From Dipteris shenzhenensis (Eukaryota): a DNA stretch of 64,000 bases. Both the position numbers and the translations under genes were made by a program. Of this stretch, positions 13,159 to 26,968 are shown piece by piece; the first letter of the stretch is position 1, and each line of letters opens with the position of its first letter. The DNA is taken from NCBI GenBank assembly GCA_047967505.1, contig CM106538.1; one strand, written 5' to 3'. The notes below the pieces were generated by a model. It was given only the letters and a program-made list of their open reading frames with translations. It was not told where the DNA came from and searched no databases.

Positions 13159-14119
13159 ATGGTACGTACCTCGCCGCCTCCTCTCGATCTCTCTTCCTTG
13201 CTTCATTCATCTTCCATCTCTTCTCTCTTTCTTTTCCTAATCGTTTTTTCCTTTCCCTCCAGTTGATCCCCAAGAAAAATCGTGTCGAAGTTTACAAATA
13301 CCTCTTCAAAGGTCTGCCTCCTTTGCCCCTTCCCTTTCCCCCTCCCTCCCTTCCCTTTACAATTTTACGCTTACCCCGTTTTCTGATGTGCCGCAGAGGG
13401 AGTTCTCTATGCTAAGAAGGACTACAACTTGCCCAAGCACCCCGAGATCGATGTCCCCAACCTGCAAGTAATCAAGCTCATGCAGAGCTTTAAATCCAAG
13501 GAGTACGTCAAGGAGAATTTTGCTTGGATGCACTACTATTGGTACTTGACCAATGACGGGATCGAGTATCTCAGAACTTACTTGAACCTGCCTTCGGAGA
13601 TTGTTCCGGCGACATTGAAGAAGTCCACCAGGCCTCCTGGCAGGCCCATGGGCGGCCCTCCCGGAGACCGACCTCCCAGGTAAGTAATCGGGAATTCTTA
13701 ATGTGGACGGTGAACCTTCAAATGTATGCAGTACTTGCCGGAGCATTTTTCAAATACTTATCCAGTTTCTGACGTCAACTTCTCTGGTTTGCAGAGGACC
13801 CCCCCGCTTCGATGGTGACAGGCCTAGGTTTGGGGACCGAGAAGGATATCGCGGAGGACCCCCACGTGGACCAGGTGGATTTGGTGATAAGGGAGGAGCG
13901 CCTGAGGGCTACCAGCCCTCATTTAGGGTATGAAACTGGCATTTATTGTTTGTAGAATATAAAAGGTTCCAGCATAATTGGATTTGTGTGTGAGTCCAGG
14001 GTGATAGCTACTGACTTGTCTTTTGCTAACGTGTCTTTTAGGGTCCTGGTGCAAGACCTGGATTCGGCCGAGGTGGAGGGGGATTCGGTGGTGGTGGACC
14101 TCCTGCGCTTACTGAGTGA
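13159..14119 (+). CDS. RPS10: 40S ribosomal protein S10 (eS10), 181 aa; exons 13159-13161, 13263-13311, 13397-13679, 13795-13927, 14042-14119
   Basis: Spliced translation [93 protein letters not shown]...[12 protein letters not shown]. All introns are GT-AG and the frame is intact (546 nt). Confidence 0.97.
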
Positions 14120-15149
14120 AATTTTTTAATGAGCTCTACATGGTTGAAACCATTGATTTTGTAGTATGGCAAAGTGGGATAGTGAGGGTTTTCCAGAGAT
14201 TTGTAAGGCTTTAGCTTTCGGATATTGCTACTATTGGGGAATGAAGATGGTAATTTGCATGACAAATGGACGCTAGAGTCATCTTATATCCCTTTCTTTA
14301 GTGTTAATCGTGTTTCTGCTAATTATCAACATTAATTTTGCATACGTATGTCCCCCAAAGTGAATGCTCTGCCAGATGGATTCTTTTGGAAAGTTCTATG
14401 GTCGTTTTGAATGTTTTTTAAAGATGTTGAGTACATTTCTGCAAGAAGCTTCAAAGTTCAGCATTGCAGGCAGATAATGCCAATCTTCCTAGGTTGTAAG
14501 TTGAATGCCAATCTTTCCTTCTCTTCGTGCATGGTTCATTTTATTGAATATGCTGTGATGTAATGACTATTTGCATGCTGGAAGGCTAGGCTTTGGGATA
14601 TTTCCAATGGAAGGGATGCTGTGGGTTATGAAATCTTTGAGTCATATTTGTTACTGAAGTAAAGCACCAGATTTGGGTCGTTTAGTGAGTAGGGTTGATC
14701 TGTGTGTGTATCATTTTGGAGCAACCACTTCTAGCTACGTTCCTACAGTTAGCTTGTTTGACTTCTTGACCTATAGCTGTCCCCACTGCAACTTTTTGTT
14801 ACAGACCACCATGTCAAAAAGATTGTAGAATGACAACATATCAGAAATGGAGGTAAAACACAAGCTATGGGTTCCAGTAGTTGAAATTATGGTTTATTAG
14901 AAAATTCCATCCTTCTTTTATGTAAGAGATGCGGTTTGAGTCTCTTTTTTCTTGTCCCTATAGTATCTGTCTCTTATTGGGAGTCACTGCTCTAATGCAC
15001 AAATTCACAAGATTACAAAAACACAGAAAAAAGTAAATGCATGACAGCATTTGTGGGACTAAACCTCCACAAAATGATATCCTGACTCCTTTAGTCCTTG
15101 TGCAGCCACAGAGCTGATTTCTTGACAAAAGATGTTTGTGCAACTGTTT

Positions 15150-16750
15150 GTTTTCGAATGTACTTGCCGTATGAGTTTCGTGAAGATATAGTAGCCCCTG
15201 AATTGTCATGGCTCGTAGACCACACTACCAAACATCAGTGCAATGTATGAATTCTGAGTCGCCTAAATAGTAAAGTTGAAAAAGTAAGTGCTTGGGGTGA
15301 TGATGGTGGAGCTGTAAGACAGCTTATGCGAGAATGGAAGAGCTTTAATAGGTGGCAGTGGTGTTAGCATGAACGAGATGAGCCAGCTCTTTAAAACATG
15401 ACTCCTTTCTAAAACAAGCTCAAGTGATGCTTTCAGGCACACTGAGGGCGGTGACTGGTCTGCTTCTCAACACATATCATGTCTGCATGTCTGGGTTGGA
15501 GGGGTCGGCTCTGTATTTCATGGGCTGCATTTCAGGATGTGTATCTTCACCTATTGGGGAGGCTATATGCATCAGATAGGGTTTGAAATCAGGCAGCTAG
15601 TGAGGTATGAGAGACAGTTGTACTCAGTCTTCATAAGAGCCAGATAAAACTTTTGTGTCATCAGGTGGTTAGTGAGGTATGAGCAGTAGTACTCAGTCTT
15701 CATATGAGCCAGTTACCAAGTTTGTGTCAAGATGCCATTGCTCTTGTAGAACTTAGCAAACTCCTATGACAAGTAGTCTATACCATTGCACTTATCAAGC
15801 ATTTGATCTTTCTTCCAAGACTTCCTGATTGAGGTTTAAGACCAAGTCTCCTTTTTGCTACTTCCATCAATGAAAGTAACCAAATATTTGCTGCTTGCCA
15901 ATGTTGGCGACTTATGTGTATCCTATAATCTTTGTGAGTGGATCATGTGTCTTGATTCTCCCTTTGGTAGGAAAAAGTTCCTGGAGTTGCTTGCCATTCA
16001 CAAATTTCCCGTTTGCTGTTGCATTGGAAGAACACTTCATGTAATGGAATTCAAGTGTGCGAGCCTTTGATGCAACTAGCTGGTTCATGCTAACTTAGTG
16101 TACCATCTCTTCTGCAAGAATTTCCCACTGATTGAACATTGTGCATTTTTTTGTTATGAAAGAGAAACTTGATCTTTAAGCACATTCTAGTGTTGATACA
16201 TATATCAGTTGACAGGTATCTCTTTGAGATAATCAATAAAACCATTCTGTGGTCTGTAATGCCTTCGATTTGCAATTTACTGACATTAGCAAGCAAGATG
16301 AATGCTATTGAGTTGATCCAAGGGCTTAGGTTGTTTGAACCAATCTATTTTAAAGCTCATAGGCTTGGATGCTCCTGAGTCTATGTAGCAATTTTTTAAA
16401 TCAGGCTGTCTAGTAGCCAAGCACATTGCTAGTGCCTTTTGAGATCTATAAAACATCTTGTTATCTGGATTGGCACCTTCAAATGCCACAATATTGTGGC
16501 ACTTCTAAGAAAAACTCTTTTTGCTTGAGTTGTTTCCTCTAGCAACTAATTTTGAGTTTGATTGTTGTCTATGGTCACCAATCCAAGAGCCATGCATCCT
16601 CTTAAAACCTTTTTTACTGTTCCTGAGTTGGTCTATTGTCCACTGCCTCTGCCGTGTGTATAGTGCTGCTTTGGCTTGAATGTTTGATAGATGCCTTTTG
16701 GCTTTGATTTGCAATCTCTTGTAACATGAATAGTTATAGCATATCATCTT
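15150..16750 (-). mobile_element. Highly degenerate Ty1/Copia internal remnant
   Basis: Protease motif YIDSGASKPM (ORF 16286-16489) and a GAG-pre-integrase-like LHQRLAHLN near 16050-16080. Heavily deleted; boundaries are approximate. Confidence 0.6.
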
Positions 16751-19079
16751 CGGCTTGTGTTGATGGCTTTGATTGTTTTGGTGGTATATTGAGTAGATCT
16801 AGCTCTGATTTCTTTTTGATGATTTTGTATCCCTAGGAATTTGATCATTGGGGATATGAAATGAATTTTGTTTTTGACATGAAGGCTCTTAGTATTTAGT
16901 GGCTCGCCTTATGCTTTATGGTGGGTGCTTTGTATACTAATTAAAATCTAATGAAATCATATGGAAGCCCTTTTACATGAAATGAGTTTGTCTGAGCCTT
17001 GAAATTCTTCTCGTTCTATGTCGCTGTTTCTGCAATTGTCTCATTTAGCAAGACTCGACAACTTCTTGTGGACTAGGAAGTTCTTTACTTTGCATTCTAG
17101 ATGTGGCTGTTGTTCTTGTTGAAGATCATGGTTTCCAAGACTTGGATGTTGATTGTTAATGCCATCGTTGAATTCATGTCACTATCCTTGTTAGCTTGTA
17201 GGCTGCCATGTCTTAAATTATGGAGCTTACAATCACACCTTATAGGATTCTCTTTGAAAACTCTCTATGGAGATGTAGCTTGGTTTGAATGGGATTTTTG
17301 GCAAGATAGTAAACAAATGGGATTAAATATACTAAGATGATGGAGCTTTAAGAGACCAACAGGATAATAGGAAGAAAATCAATAGCATAGTAAAAGAAAA
17401 ATCGAAGACAACTCTATGAAGAGAGTACAACTCCTTTGTAGAGATCCATGTTACCTCCTATAGAGGTCATGCCACATGGTTTCCATCTTTGTATGGTGTT
17501 CATTACTTTATACCCAACTCTATCGTCCTCTTATGTATTTGTCTCCTTCCTCCATGTCTTACTTATCTATCAATATATTTGTTATGCTCCATTTGTGCTT
17601 GTGTGTAGGTGCTTCTATTTGTCCAAGCCCATTGCATTAGCTTTGGGTGCATGGTGTAGGTTGTTGTTTCTAGATAGCTAGGTGATGGTGAACATTGCAC
17701 TAAATGAACGCGGGTCATATGCAATGCAAAAAAATTGGTTGCAACGGGGTGCACGTTATTCAATAGGGGAAACAAAAGCAAATAAATTGGAAAGAAAGTG
17801 CTTTGTATTACTTTGCCTTTGTGGGCAATCGAAAGATACTGGCTCTTCGATTGCACACAAGTTGCACTGGCAACAATATGATTCTCATTCCCTATCATCT
17901 ACAACTTTGTATACATGCCTTGGGTACTATCCACATGCAAACAATCATTCACACCTATTGTCAAAACAATTATGCTAGCGTCGAAATCTTTTAAGACTCT
18001 CTTGACATAACGGTCGAATCTATAGATGATAGGGCGCTGTCTTGCCTTACGTGTCTTAGGCAACACTCTTAGTATGGGTCGATGAAGACGATGTTTACTT
18101 GGATGAAGGCTCATTTCTCGATTCTCCTTGCGCTTCGCATGTCTCGGTCCTTCATTCTCCTACTTGCAGTTCGTTGTCCGTCCTTTGTTCATTTGCCTTA
18201 AGCCTTTTTTGAAACCTTGTGTCTTCATTCACGGGTTCAATATTACCCCAATTGATGCGCAAGCCGTGTCCTAACATCTTGGATCTCCCATTGCTGAGGC
18301 ATATATCTTTGCTGAGTATTGGACATCTATAAGGACATTGGTGGCTTGTCGTATTCCCACATAGGTTGTATATTTGTGATGCTTCCAATTCAAAGATGCG
18401 ATGCCTCTTATAGAATTGGTCCTTGGCCATCTTTAAGTTCCGATATTTCTTGCTATGGAAAGTATTTTATTTTAGTCAAGTGCGACTATGGCAAAGTATT
18501 CCATAGGAGTGCACCAGACGCAGCGCGGGTACTAATCGATGCTTTGTGCCGTTTAGTTGGGGACGCCTAACTACCTATGTTTTTGCCAGGCTAGGTGGTT
18601 AGTATTGTGGGTGATTCCATGTTAATACTAATGTTGCTAGTGTTACTGGTGTTATTGCAATTGGTCGCAAGGTGTGTATTTTGATGTCTGTATATCAAGC
18701 GTACGATTGTGTTGGGATTAGTTGGTGTGATGATTCATTAATTCATTGTCATAGCTAACACAATTGGTAGCTTGAGTACAGATGATGAGTTGGATAACGA
18801 GGAACGGAGATGGTGAAGGTGATTTGGATTGATCAAAGTATCTAATGGCTGTCAAAGGCCATGGGGCATATTATAAAGTTATGAATTTTAAGCCGTGGGC
18901 TAATTTATTTTATAAATTTTGGATGAGAGCATATTAAGCCTTGTGATATTTTAAGCTCGTGGAGCTATGTTGAGCAATCGCTCTAATTAAAGACAAGGGG
19001 TGCTTTTGGATGTATTATTATTGGCTCTTTGCTTTTTGGAATTAGAATTATAAATACTCTAGATGGGAAGCAAGAACCA

Positions 19080-19224
19080 CCATCTAGGGGGGGCAGATTG
19101 GACCCCATGAAGTGTCACTCTCTCTTTCTCTTCTCTCCCCCACTTATTTCCTTGTTCTTGGTTTCTATGGTTTTGAATTTGTAAGCATGTTTGCTTTGAA
19201 TTTTCATAACAGTGGTATCAGAGC
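19080..19224 (+). mobile_element. 3' end of an LTR followed by a tRNA-iMet PBS (truncated LTR element)
   Basis: ...CATAACA-G-TGGTATCAGAGC at 19205-19224. No coding domain recognised downstream. Confidence 0.6.
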
Positions 19225-20779
19225 ATGGCTACGTGCCCATGGCTACGCGCTAGCCTGACTGTCGAAGACAAGCGGCATGATTTTCTCCAATCTAATGACA
19301 CAGTCTTTCTCATAATGTTCTTTTTTATTGTTTCGACTACTTGATTGCTAGGTTTTGAGTTTGTATGCAAAAGTTATCAAAGATGCTTCGACAATCAACG
19401 CTATAATTGCAATTGACAAAAATGGCCGCGTTGGCTTGTTCAAAAGGTATGCGTCGGTTCTTTTGAGTGGTTGGATCAATATATTCGAACTTCAGGTAAG
19501 CAATTTATGGTTGTTTCTTTTCACTACGTACTATCAATGAATTAGTAGGAGCAGTCTTTGGATAGGAAGATGACTAGCCATGACCAAAGATGACTTAACC
19601 TTAGGGCATGAGGACAGTAAAGAATCATGTTCTTATATAATTAATTATATTTAAAGTAATAGTAGCATCATGATGTGATTTCAAGAATGGAAGTCGTATG
19701 AAAATCACAAGCCAGATGTCGCTCTCCTAAGGAAAAGACCATGGCTATTTAATTTGAAAGAAAGCAATAGGACTAAATTAAGAATCGAGAGCTGCAGATG
19801 AGACAAGGACAAATAGATGCACTATATGCATGCTATTGCTTCGATAACAATAGACAATTCCTCTTGTCAACGTAGTAGACACAAACAAGCATACAAGCGT
19901 TGTGACGAGACAGTCAAGGCATCTCTAGATACATCTTTTATCTTTCTTCTTTGCTTTACTTAATTGTTTTTTTTAAGTTGCATATGATGAGGTCACTATG
20001 AAAGAGAGGCTCTACAAGGAATCTCTTTTGAACCACAAAGTTATCAGACCGACGATTGAATGGGAAGCAAAAGAAAGTTGATTGGGGCTCAACCAAGCAA
20101 GCAAGATTTGGAAGGACAAAGGAGATATGTATCTATTCCCATATTTTTTGTTTTTCTATATTTTCATTTTTCTTACTCTTATTGAAATACTCATATAGAG
20201 ACAAGAAAGAATGATATGGCGACAGAAGGGAACAATTGAATTTGAAGAAGAGTGATACATCAAATTTAAAATAGCATGAAAAAGAGAATAAAATATGATA
20301 GCCTATATGGGATCTAGGTTTTGTTATGAATAAATAAGCATGACTATGTGAGCTAAGAGTTTGTTGTGATTAAATAAGCACGATTATGTGCATTAATAAG
20401 GATAAGAAGACGTATATCCTATGGTATGCATGAAATAAGAAATACAATTACTTAGAGGTCTTGTATCCTCATAGCTTGCTTGAGTAGATGCCAATCCTAG
20501 CTCAATTGTAGATAACAAAACTATTATTGTGCGATACATATGGTATGCTTTGATAAAGTGTTCTACTAATGTGAACTGAATTGAAGAAAATTAAAGAGAA
20601 GAAAAATCATATGACATTTTTGCTAAGCAAGAGGGAAGGCATGATTGTTCGGCTTTTTGCTCTAGTAGTTTCTTTATGGAATTGCTTTTATAGATAATGA
20701 AAAACAGTTGGTATGTCAGATAATCTCTTCTATGTATTTTCTAGCATCTGAAGAAAATACATATTAGATCATTACTAGC

Positions 20780-22380
20780 TACCAACCTAAATCAGAAACT
20801 TTGACGTGGTCTTGCCATTCTTTTTCAGCATGATGACTAGGGGGGATACCCAATCCACATGATTCATCTCATATATGAATCCCACATCGATTTGCTTTTG
20901 GATTTTGTCTCTCACAATCGTCATGTGTTCGGGATTCATGGTGTAGGGTCATTGCCTAACCGGTCTAATATCATCCATCATAGGAATGGTGTGCTGCACA
21001 ACCTGGAGAGGCACACCCTTTCTACCCATAATAAGTGATAGGCCATTAAGAAGCCCTCATTAGTGAGAGTAGAGCTTCTGAAAATTGTAGACACCCATAG
21101 AGATTCTAAAGACATAAAAGCCCCTTTGCCTCAGAACACCATTTGACATTTGATTTCCTCAAATGCCTTCCGTAAGGACTGCTAGAGTTGGCTCCCTTTT
21201 GCTTTGCAGGGCTCAGATTGTAGATAGCAGATAGGGTAGGATAGTTCTTCGAACTGAGGGATCTTAGAGGTCTAAGGTGGCTGACATTTCTAAGAAGAAG
21301 CTGATCGGTCCCCCTGAGGATGAAGAATATCTTTAATGACCCAGATGGCAGAGAGCTTCCTAGAGCAACTAGTTCTATATCAATGATCCCAATACCACTT
21401 TCTTCTTTAGGTTTTATATAGAAGCTCCATCTGACCTTTGCTATCTTTTTACTGCCACCCCAAAGGAAAGATCCACATATTCTAATGAATCTATCAAGAA
21501 CTGTCTTAGAAGGGGACCAACAAGTTAGGTAGAATATTACAATGGGATAAATGCAATGATTAAGGAAAAGTCTTTTGCCAAATAAGTTAGCTTGAAACGC
21601 TCTCCATTTGTCCACCTTTTCTAGGAATCTATCCATGAACCAGTCCCACCTGTATTTCATTGAAATACCAAACCCCAAAGGTATCCCCAACAGTCTAAAA
21701 ATAGTACATCGCTTGATTTTGTGGCATCCCAATTCCTCTAGGACTTTTTGATCTTCCCCTCTTAGACTGGCATATTCAATCTTTGCATGATTAATCTTAG
21801 ATCCAGAGGCCTTGCAAAAGGTGTATAAACGGTCACTCATTGTTCCTGGGTGTAAGGTTGGTGTCATCTGCAAATTATTGGCATATCAATTATTCTCTAG
21901 AAGGGAGCTCTATACCTCTCATGCCTCCTCTATCACTATGACTCTTGAGAAGCCACCGCAAAAGAGTTAGCAGCTATAGCAAACAAGAGAGGTGCTATGG
22001 GGCAACCCTATCTGAAGAAAAGGGTTGAGTCATAGCACCATTTACACATATATTAACTAAGGCATTAGTAAGTAGTAGTTTTATATAAAGGCCAAGGCCC
22101 ATGTTTGTGACAAGTTCTACCTCTTTAACCTTGGCTAGACCATTGAAAGGTTGTTGGTTTCCTTCTTTTGCCGTTATTTTGGATTGCTTTAGACATATTT
22201 TGTGGTCTTGACCATGTAGACTTAAAATGCTTTGGAAGTTGTTGTAAATCAACATTTTCCTCTTCCGGTCCACTACTTCTCCTTATAGGAAGTTATTCTG
22301 TTTTTAGCCCTTGGGTCCTTGTCTTAGGAGCGAATGTATTGCTGATGAATTGCATGGTCCTTCCTCCATAGTTTTGAGTA
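20780..22380 (-). mobile_element. Degenerate L1-type LINE fragment (RT and post-RT region)
   Basis: ORF 21106-21873 contains SGSKINHAK..FRLLGIPLG..FLWGG..KVRW..KPKEESGIGI. A GCPIAPLLF-like RT motif lies at ~21985-22010. Confidence 0.85.
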
Positions 22381-22399
22381 TGGGAGAGGTTGTAGGGGC

Positions 22400-24300
22400 T
22401 CTATTGAAGGCATGATAGTTAGGATGAATAGTAGCTGGACCCTTACTCATCCGAAGCCGTGCTCAAATTTTTCTTGGTAGTCATGCAACAGCTATTGTGC
22501 CTCTGCAAGGTGTTTCTCGATGATTAGGTCTACATATTCACCCTGACCTTTAGGGATCATAGGCTTTTTATAAGTTACTACTCATTAGGGGTCATCCCTT
22601 CTTTAAGCTATTGACTAACTTGGTTCTCCACCGAGGGTGTATGGCTAGAAGAGGATGAGGTAAATAGGGTGGCTGTGTTTTCATTAGATCCGCTATGTAT
22701 AATTACCTTGTAGATCCTTTTCCCACTCTGATTGCACCCTTGTGGTTTGCCTCCTTAGGCTGGGATGTCGGACTTTATCCCATTTGGCCTATTTGTAAAG
22801 TTCTTTATTGAATGATTGTAGCCTTGGTCCTGGTTATCATGTTTAGGGACATTGATGATACTTGACCTTTTTCTATACTCATTAAATTAATGTTGGTCTT
22901 AAGATCCATGGCCGTTCTTGGAGCCCTTTGCATTGGGCAATCTTTATAAAGGTGATCCACCCCACAACTAGAGCACAACGATGCACACGAATTGGTGGTA
23001 GTTGTTGTTGTTAGAAGGGCTTGGTCATCCTTACAGGGGCAATCCCTCAGGAGGTGAGGCCTTTGGCACTTATAGCATGACACCAACTAATTAGCTAGCA
23101 TCTTGTATGGGCACTCATTGGCTTGGTGTGGGCCTTGACATGTATATCATTATATCGATGGTCTTCAGGTCAAGGTGTTCACATCCCTAGCCTTCTAAGA
23201 CATAGGGGCCATTTGATAGAATGGGATATACTATTTGTCCTACATAATATAGTGACTTATGTAGCTAGATTGGTTGGAGGACTTCATATTATGCATAATC
23301 ACCCACCAAGAGGGTGTGGTCTGGCTCTTCCCAATCACTTGGCAATTCCTCTACTATCACTTCATTCATAGGAGTGATCCAGGGTGGAGGTGGTTGAGGA
23401 CCCAGGTAACAGAAGATTTTGATCCCTATATTACCCTTGGTTGATAGGAGGGGCTCCTTGAATTGTCAGTTGTCCCTGATTGAATGGACTAGGTGTGGTG
23501 TGGGCAATGTCAGGGGTAGCCTTTATTGATACATTGGTTGGGTATGACCTTAGGATAATGGCATTGCAAGATCTCATGGTTTTCCCATCGTGCACAATGA
23601 GCACAAAACATTTTCGACCTTGCCCTAAGGCAAGGACCCTCATTGGTGGGATGATTCCCTATATAGATGCCACACCATACATTGTCGTGCCTTGGGAGTA
23701 GGTGAGTATTGCTAGGGCTTCCTTTGTCAATCCTCCCTTGAGTTGTTGGCTTAACTAATTCAGCAAGTTGGTAGCCAACTCTTCCAGGTTCACACCTTTA
23801 ACAGGTGGAGTTATCTCCTTTGCCTCACCTAAACTAGTGGTATCAGAAGTTTGCGACACATCTAATGAAGCTACTTGTGACCTTGCTCCTTGATCCTTCT
23901 CCTTCATTTGTCACTTGAGCGTCTAGCGGTTTTGGTACATAGTTCAAATGATGTGGGGCTCATGGCAAAGATATGTTCATGGAGCTTGGAGTCCTAGACC
24001 CCTATAAGGAACCATGGCAAGAGTTGTACATAACTCATCCTTTCATGTGGCTCATACCGTGAGTTTAGTGCTTAATTCGAGCAATGTAGTCATGAAGGGA
24101 CTTGGTCTCCTTCTACTTAACTTTGTATAATTGGTAATAGAGCTCCATTGGGGAAAAAACCACTATGAATGAGCTATGTAGCGTGTCCCAACCAATTTTC
24201 TCCTCAGGATTTAGAGCTCGATACCCCTCTCCTACCTGCATGCTTCGTATGGTGAGCTTGGATACGGCCCCACAGGTCCAAAATCATTAGCTAATGCAAA
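22400..24300 (-). mobile_element. Gag-like remnant, same family as 9440-11050
   Basis: CYKCQRPHLLRDC and CSSCGVDHLYKDCPM..NLMSIEKGQVSSMSLNMITRTKA align with CTGCGVDHLFKECPM..NLLSIERGQVSSVSLNVITRLKA. Confidence 0.75.
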
Positions 24301-24490
24301 GAAGGTAGACCTTTTGGAGGGCATGGATGTTCTTAGTGTTTCTTGTGGTGTTGGTCACTCACTTGTGGTGGTGGATAGAACAGACTTCGAAGAACATTTG
24401 GAAAAGTTCGAAGTGTATGAATGCTCACGTGGGGTTTTGGAGGCCATGGAAGGTTGGGACATAGGGAGCAAAAATATGAGTGGCTTCTAA

Positions 24491-24891
24491 GGGGCTTAGC
24501 ACATGGGAAGAAATAGGATGGGAATGGGAAAAGGTGGTCCCAAGTGGTCCCATGCATATTTCTATCCTATTCCCATCCCACCATGTGCTAACAAAAAAAG
24601 AACTAGGGATGGGTTTAGGAGGAAGAGGACACATGGCATCATTTCATGTGTTTAGGAGGTGGGGACCACTTGGGGACAAGGATACATGTCATCCTTGCAT
24701 GTTTTTGAATCCCTAAAAAAGGGGAACCCATTCTGGCTTCCAGGGTCTAGAGGCCATGGTCTAGGATGGGAGAAAAAGTGGCTACTCCCATTCTAAATCC
24801 ATCCTAGACCACTTGGTGTAGGATGGGAGTAATGATGACAAAAAGATTCCCATCCTAAACCCATGCTAGCCCCATCCATGTGCTAAGGCCC
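24491..24891. mobile_element. Tourist-like (PIF/Harbinger) MITE, 401 bp
   Basis: 16-bp TIRs GGGGCTTAGCACATGG / CCATGTGCTAAGGCCC (1 mismatch), with TAA on both sides (24488-24490 and 24892-24894). Non-coding. Confidence 0.88.
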
Positions 24892-26759
24892 TAAGGATAG
24901 TTGACACCTTTCAACGAAATAATATTCTGCCCCCATCAGCAATTGTTGCTGCAGGTTCTGCATATTCAACGTGCAAGTGCTTGGGGTGGAGTTTTTTCGG
25001 TGTGCATTGGAGAGTGGTAAAATGCATGTGATGACGTGGAGAATTAAGGAAATCATGCATGCATGCTACGTAAAGGAAAAAGGATGCTTTTCGTCGACAA
25101 GCTGGCAGGTACACGAGATCATTTCGGAAGGAGATCGTGACCCATGGGGGAGCTCCGTGAACATGGGGAAGACTGTGGAAGCTAATCAACCGGACTGTGG
25201 TCGCTATGATCTGGTGAGAGAGGTTGCTTGTAATGACGGGTGTGTGGAGAGCTTCAAGGAGCTGGAGAGCGGAAGGCGTAGTGAGGCTCGTGTGCAACAA
25301 AGAGCAGACAGGGATCGCGACTACAGGCTGGGATGACGGGTTCTATGAGTTTTGGCTGTGGGTTCGTTGTGTGTGACGAAGTGGCACTTATTGAAGTCCT
25401 GTGGAGTCCTGACTGTGGTCGCGATGATGCGAGCTCGGAGAGGCAGTGGGGGTCGTTTTGTTCTGCGAGCTGGGGTCTGATGATGGTGGGAAGACACTGG
25501 GCTGCTGCTTAGAAGAGAGCTATGAAGTACTGGGGCTTGGTGGCGGGAAGCTTCGGGACTTGGCTAGAAACATGACAGCGCAAAAAGGAGGAGGGAGCTT
25601 CTGAGATGAAGGAGGAGCACGCGAGCAAAGAAGGAGCGGTGAAGGTCCATTGTTACTTTGGAGGGAGCTTCTCGATTTGGCTAGGCGTCGCTACTACACA
25701 GGAGGAGTCCCTTGGATAAATGAAGGCCGGAGTTCGTGGACGACAGAGGCAGAAGTTATGTGATGCAAGGGAGGAAACCATAAGGCTAGGATCATTATGA
25801 AAGTAGAGGCACAGGCTATGGCTTTTGTCAGAGGAGGAGGGCGTCGCAGATACGGGGGGGGGACTTGGCTTTGAGGAATCCTGCTTGGGGGGTGATGGAA
25901 GCCAAGAGCTTCTCGATTTGGAGGGAGCATCTTTACTATGCAGGCCAAGGAATTGGAAGACCTTGGCTACGAGTGTGTGTGCAGGAGTTGTAGGAGAGAA
26001 CCTACGTAAAGGCAGCTACCATTGAAGGTGACGGGAGCTCGGATGCTTTGAGAGCAAAAAAATAGTTGCTAGATATGATCACGTGAAGGAGAAAGGCATC
26101 GCAGATGCTATGTGAGTAGAGGAGAGGAGGTTGTAGTGCTTGGTTGTGGTTGGAGGTATATGGCGACGTGGATATCGTGAAGGACACTCAGGCTGGGGTT
26201 TGCTGGGTGGAAGTGAAGCATTGCTAGTGCATGGGTTAGAAGAGCCATGGAAGAGCTGAGTGAGTAGCATGCTAGGGGAGCTTCATGTGAAGAGGGGGTC
26301 TCTTCTTTATAGAGCATGAGAATAGCTATGAGGAAGCTATTATAGCTCGAAGGTAGAGATGAGCAAAGAATGGCGGGCTACATCACTTCTAATGTTTGTT
26401 GATGAACTAGGGAAAGATATAATAAATTTTTGACTGTGGCCATCTTGGGGATTGATGTCTTGAAAAGTTAAGAGTAAGTCATCATGTGTGTTGTGGGTTG
26501 GATGTATTTTGAAGCTGATTGCTCTCAGAGTTGTTGAGGGATGAAGACCACTTGTCTTGAGTTGTGTAGTCCACTAGGTTGTTTAGGTTGTTGGCTATCG
26601 GAGGAAATGTGGCCAAAGTATGAGTTGTACCCGGAGGTGTGTAGAGACAAGGATGTTGAATGAATGCCTTTTACCTTCTGATGGTGTTGTTCACTTGCTT
26701 TAAATATCGATGAGGGTGGCTGTGAAGGCGGATTAGGCTCTACTGCTTTTGTCCATCCA

Positions 26760-26968
26760 CCGGTTGTCAACCTCGGCCAACTTTGGCAAATGTCCTTGGC
26801 CTGCTTCTCATACCACACTTGAGCCAAACCCTCTAGAAATGTGGGAAGAACCAACAACCATCTATCTTCACTAAGAAAATTGAGAGAAACACAACGGTGC
26901 TTGAAGGCCACAAGATACTCGTTTGGATTTTCTTCAACCCGACCACAGAACACAGGAATGTCAGCCAT
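26760..26968 (-). mobile_element. Ty3/Gypsy gag N-terminal fragment
   Basis: MADIPVFCGRVEENPNEYLVAF...LPTFLEGLAQVWYE...SW is a Retrotrans_gag pattern. Confidence 0.75.

Noticed and set aside
17400-18600. Possible decayed coding sequence or transposase
   Set aside because: No motif could be identified by eye, so it was left unannotated.
23837-23850. PBS-like TGGTATCAGA
   Set aside because: Lies inside a minus-strand gag remnant with no adjacent LTR end, so probably chance.
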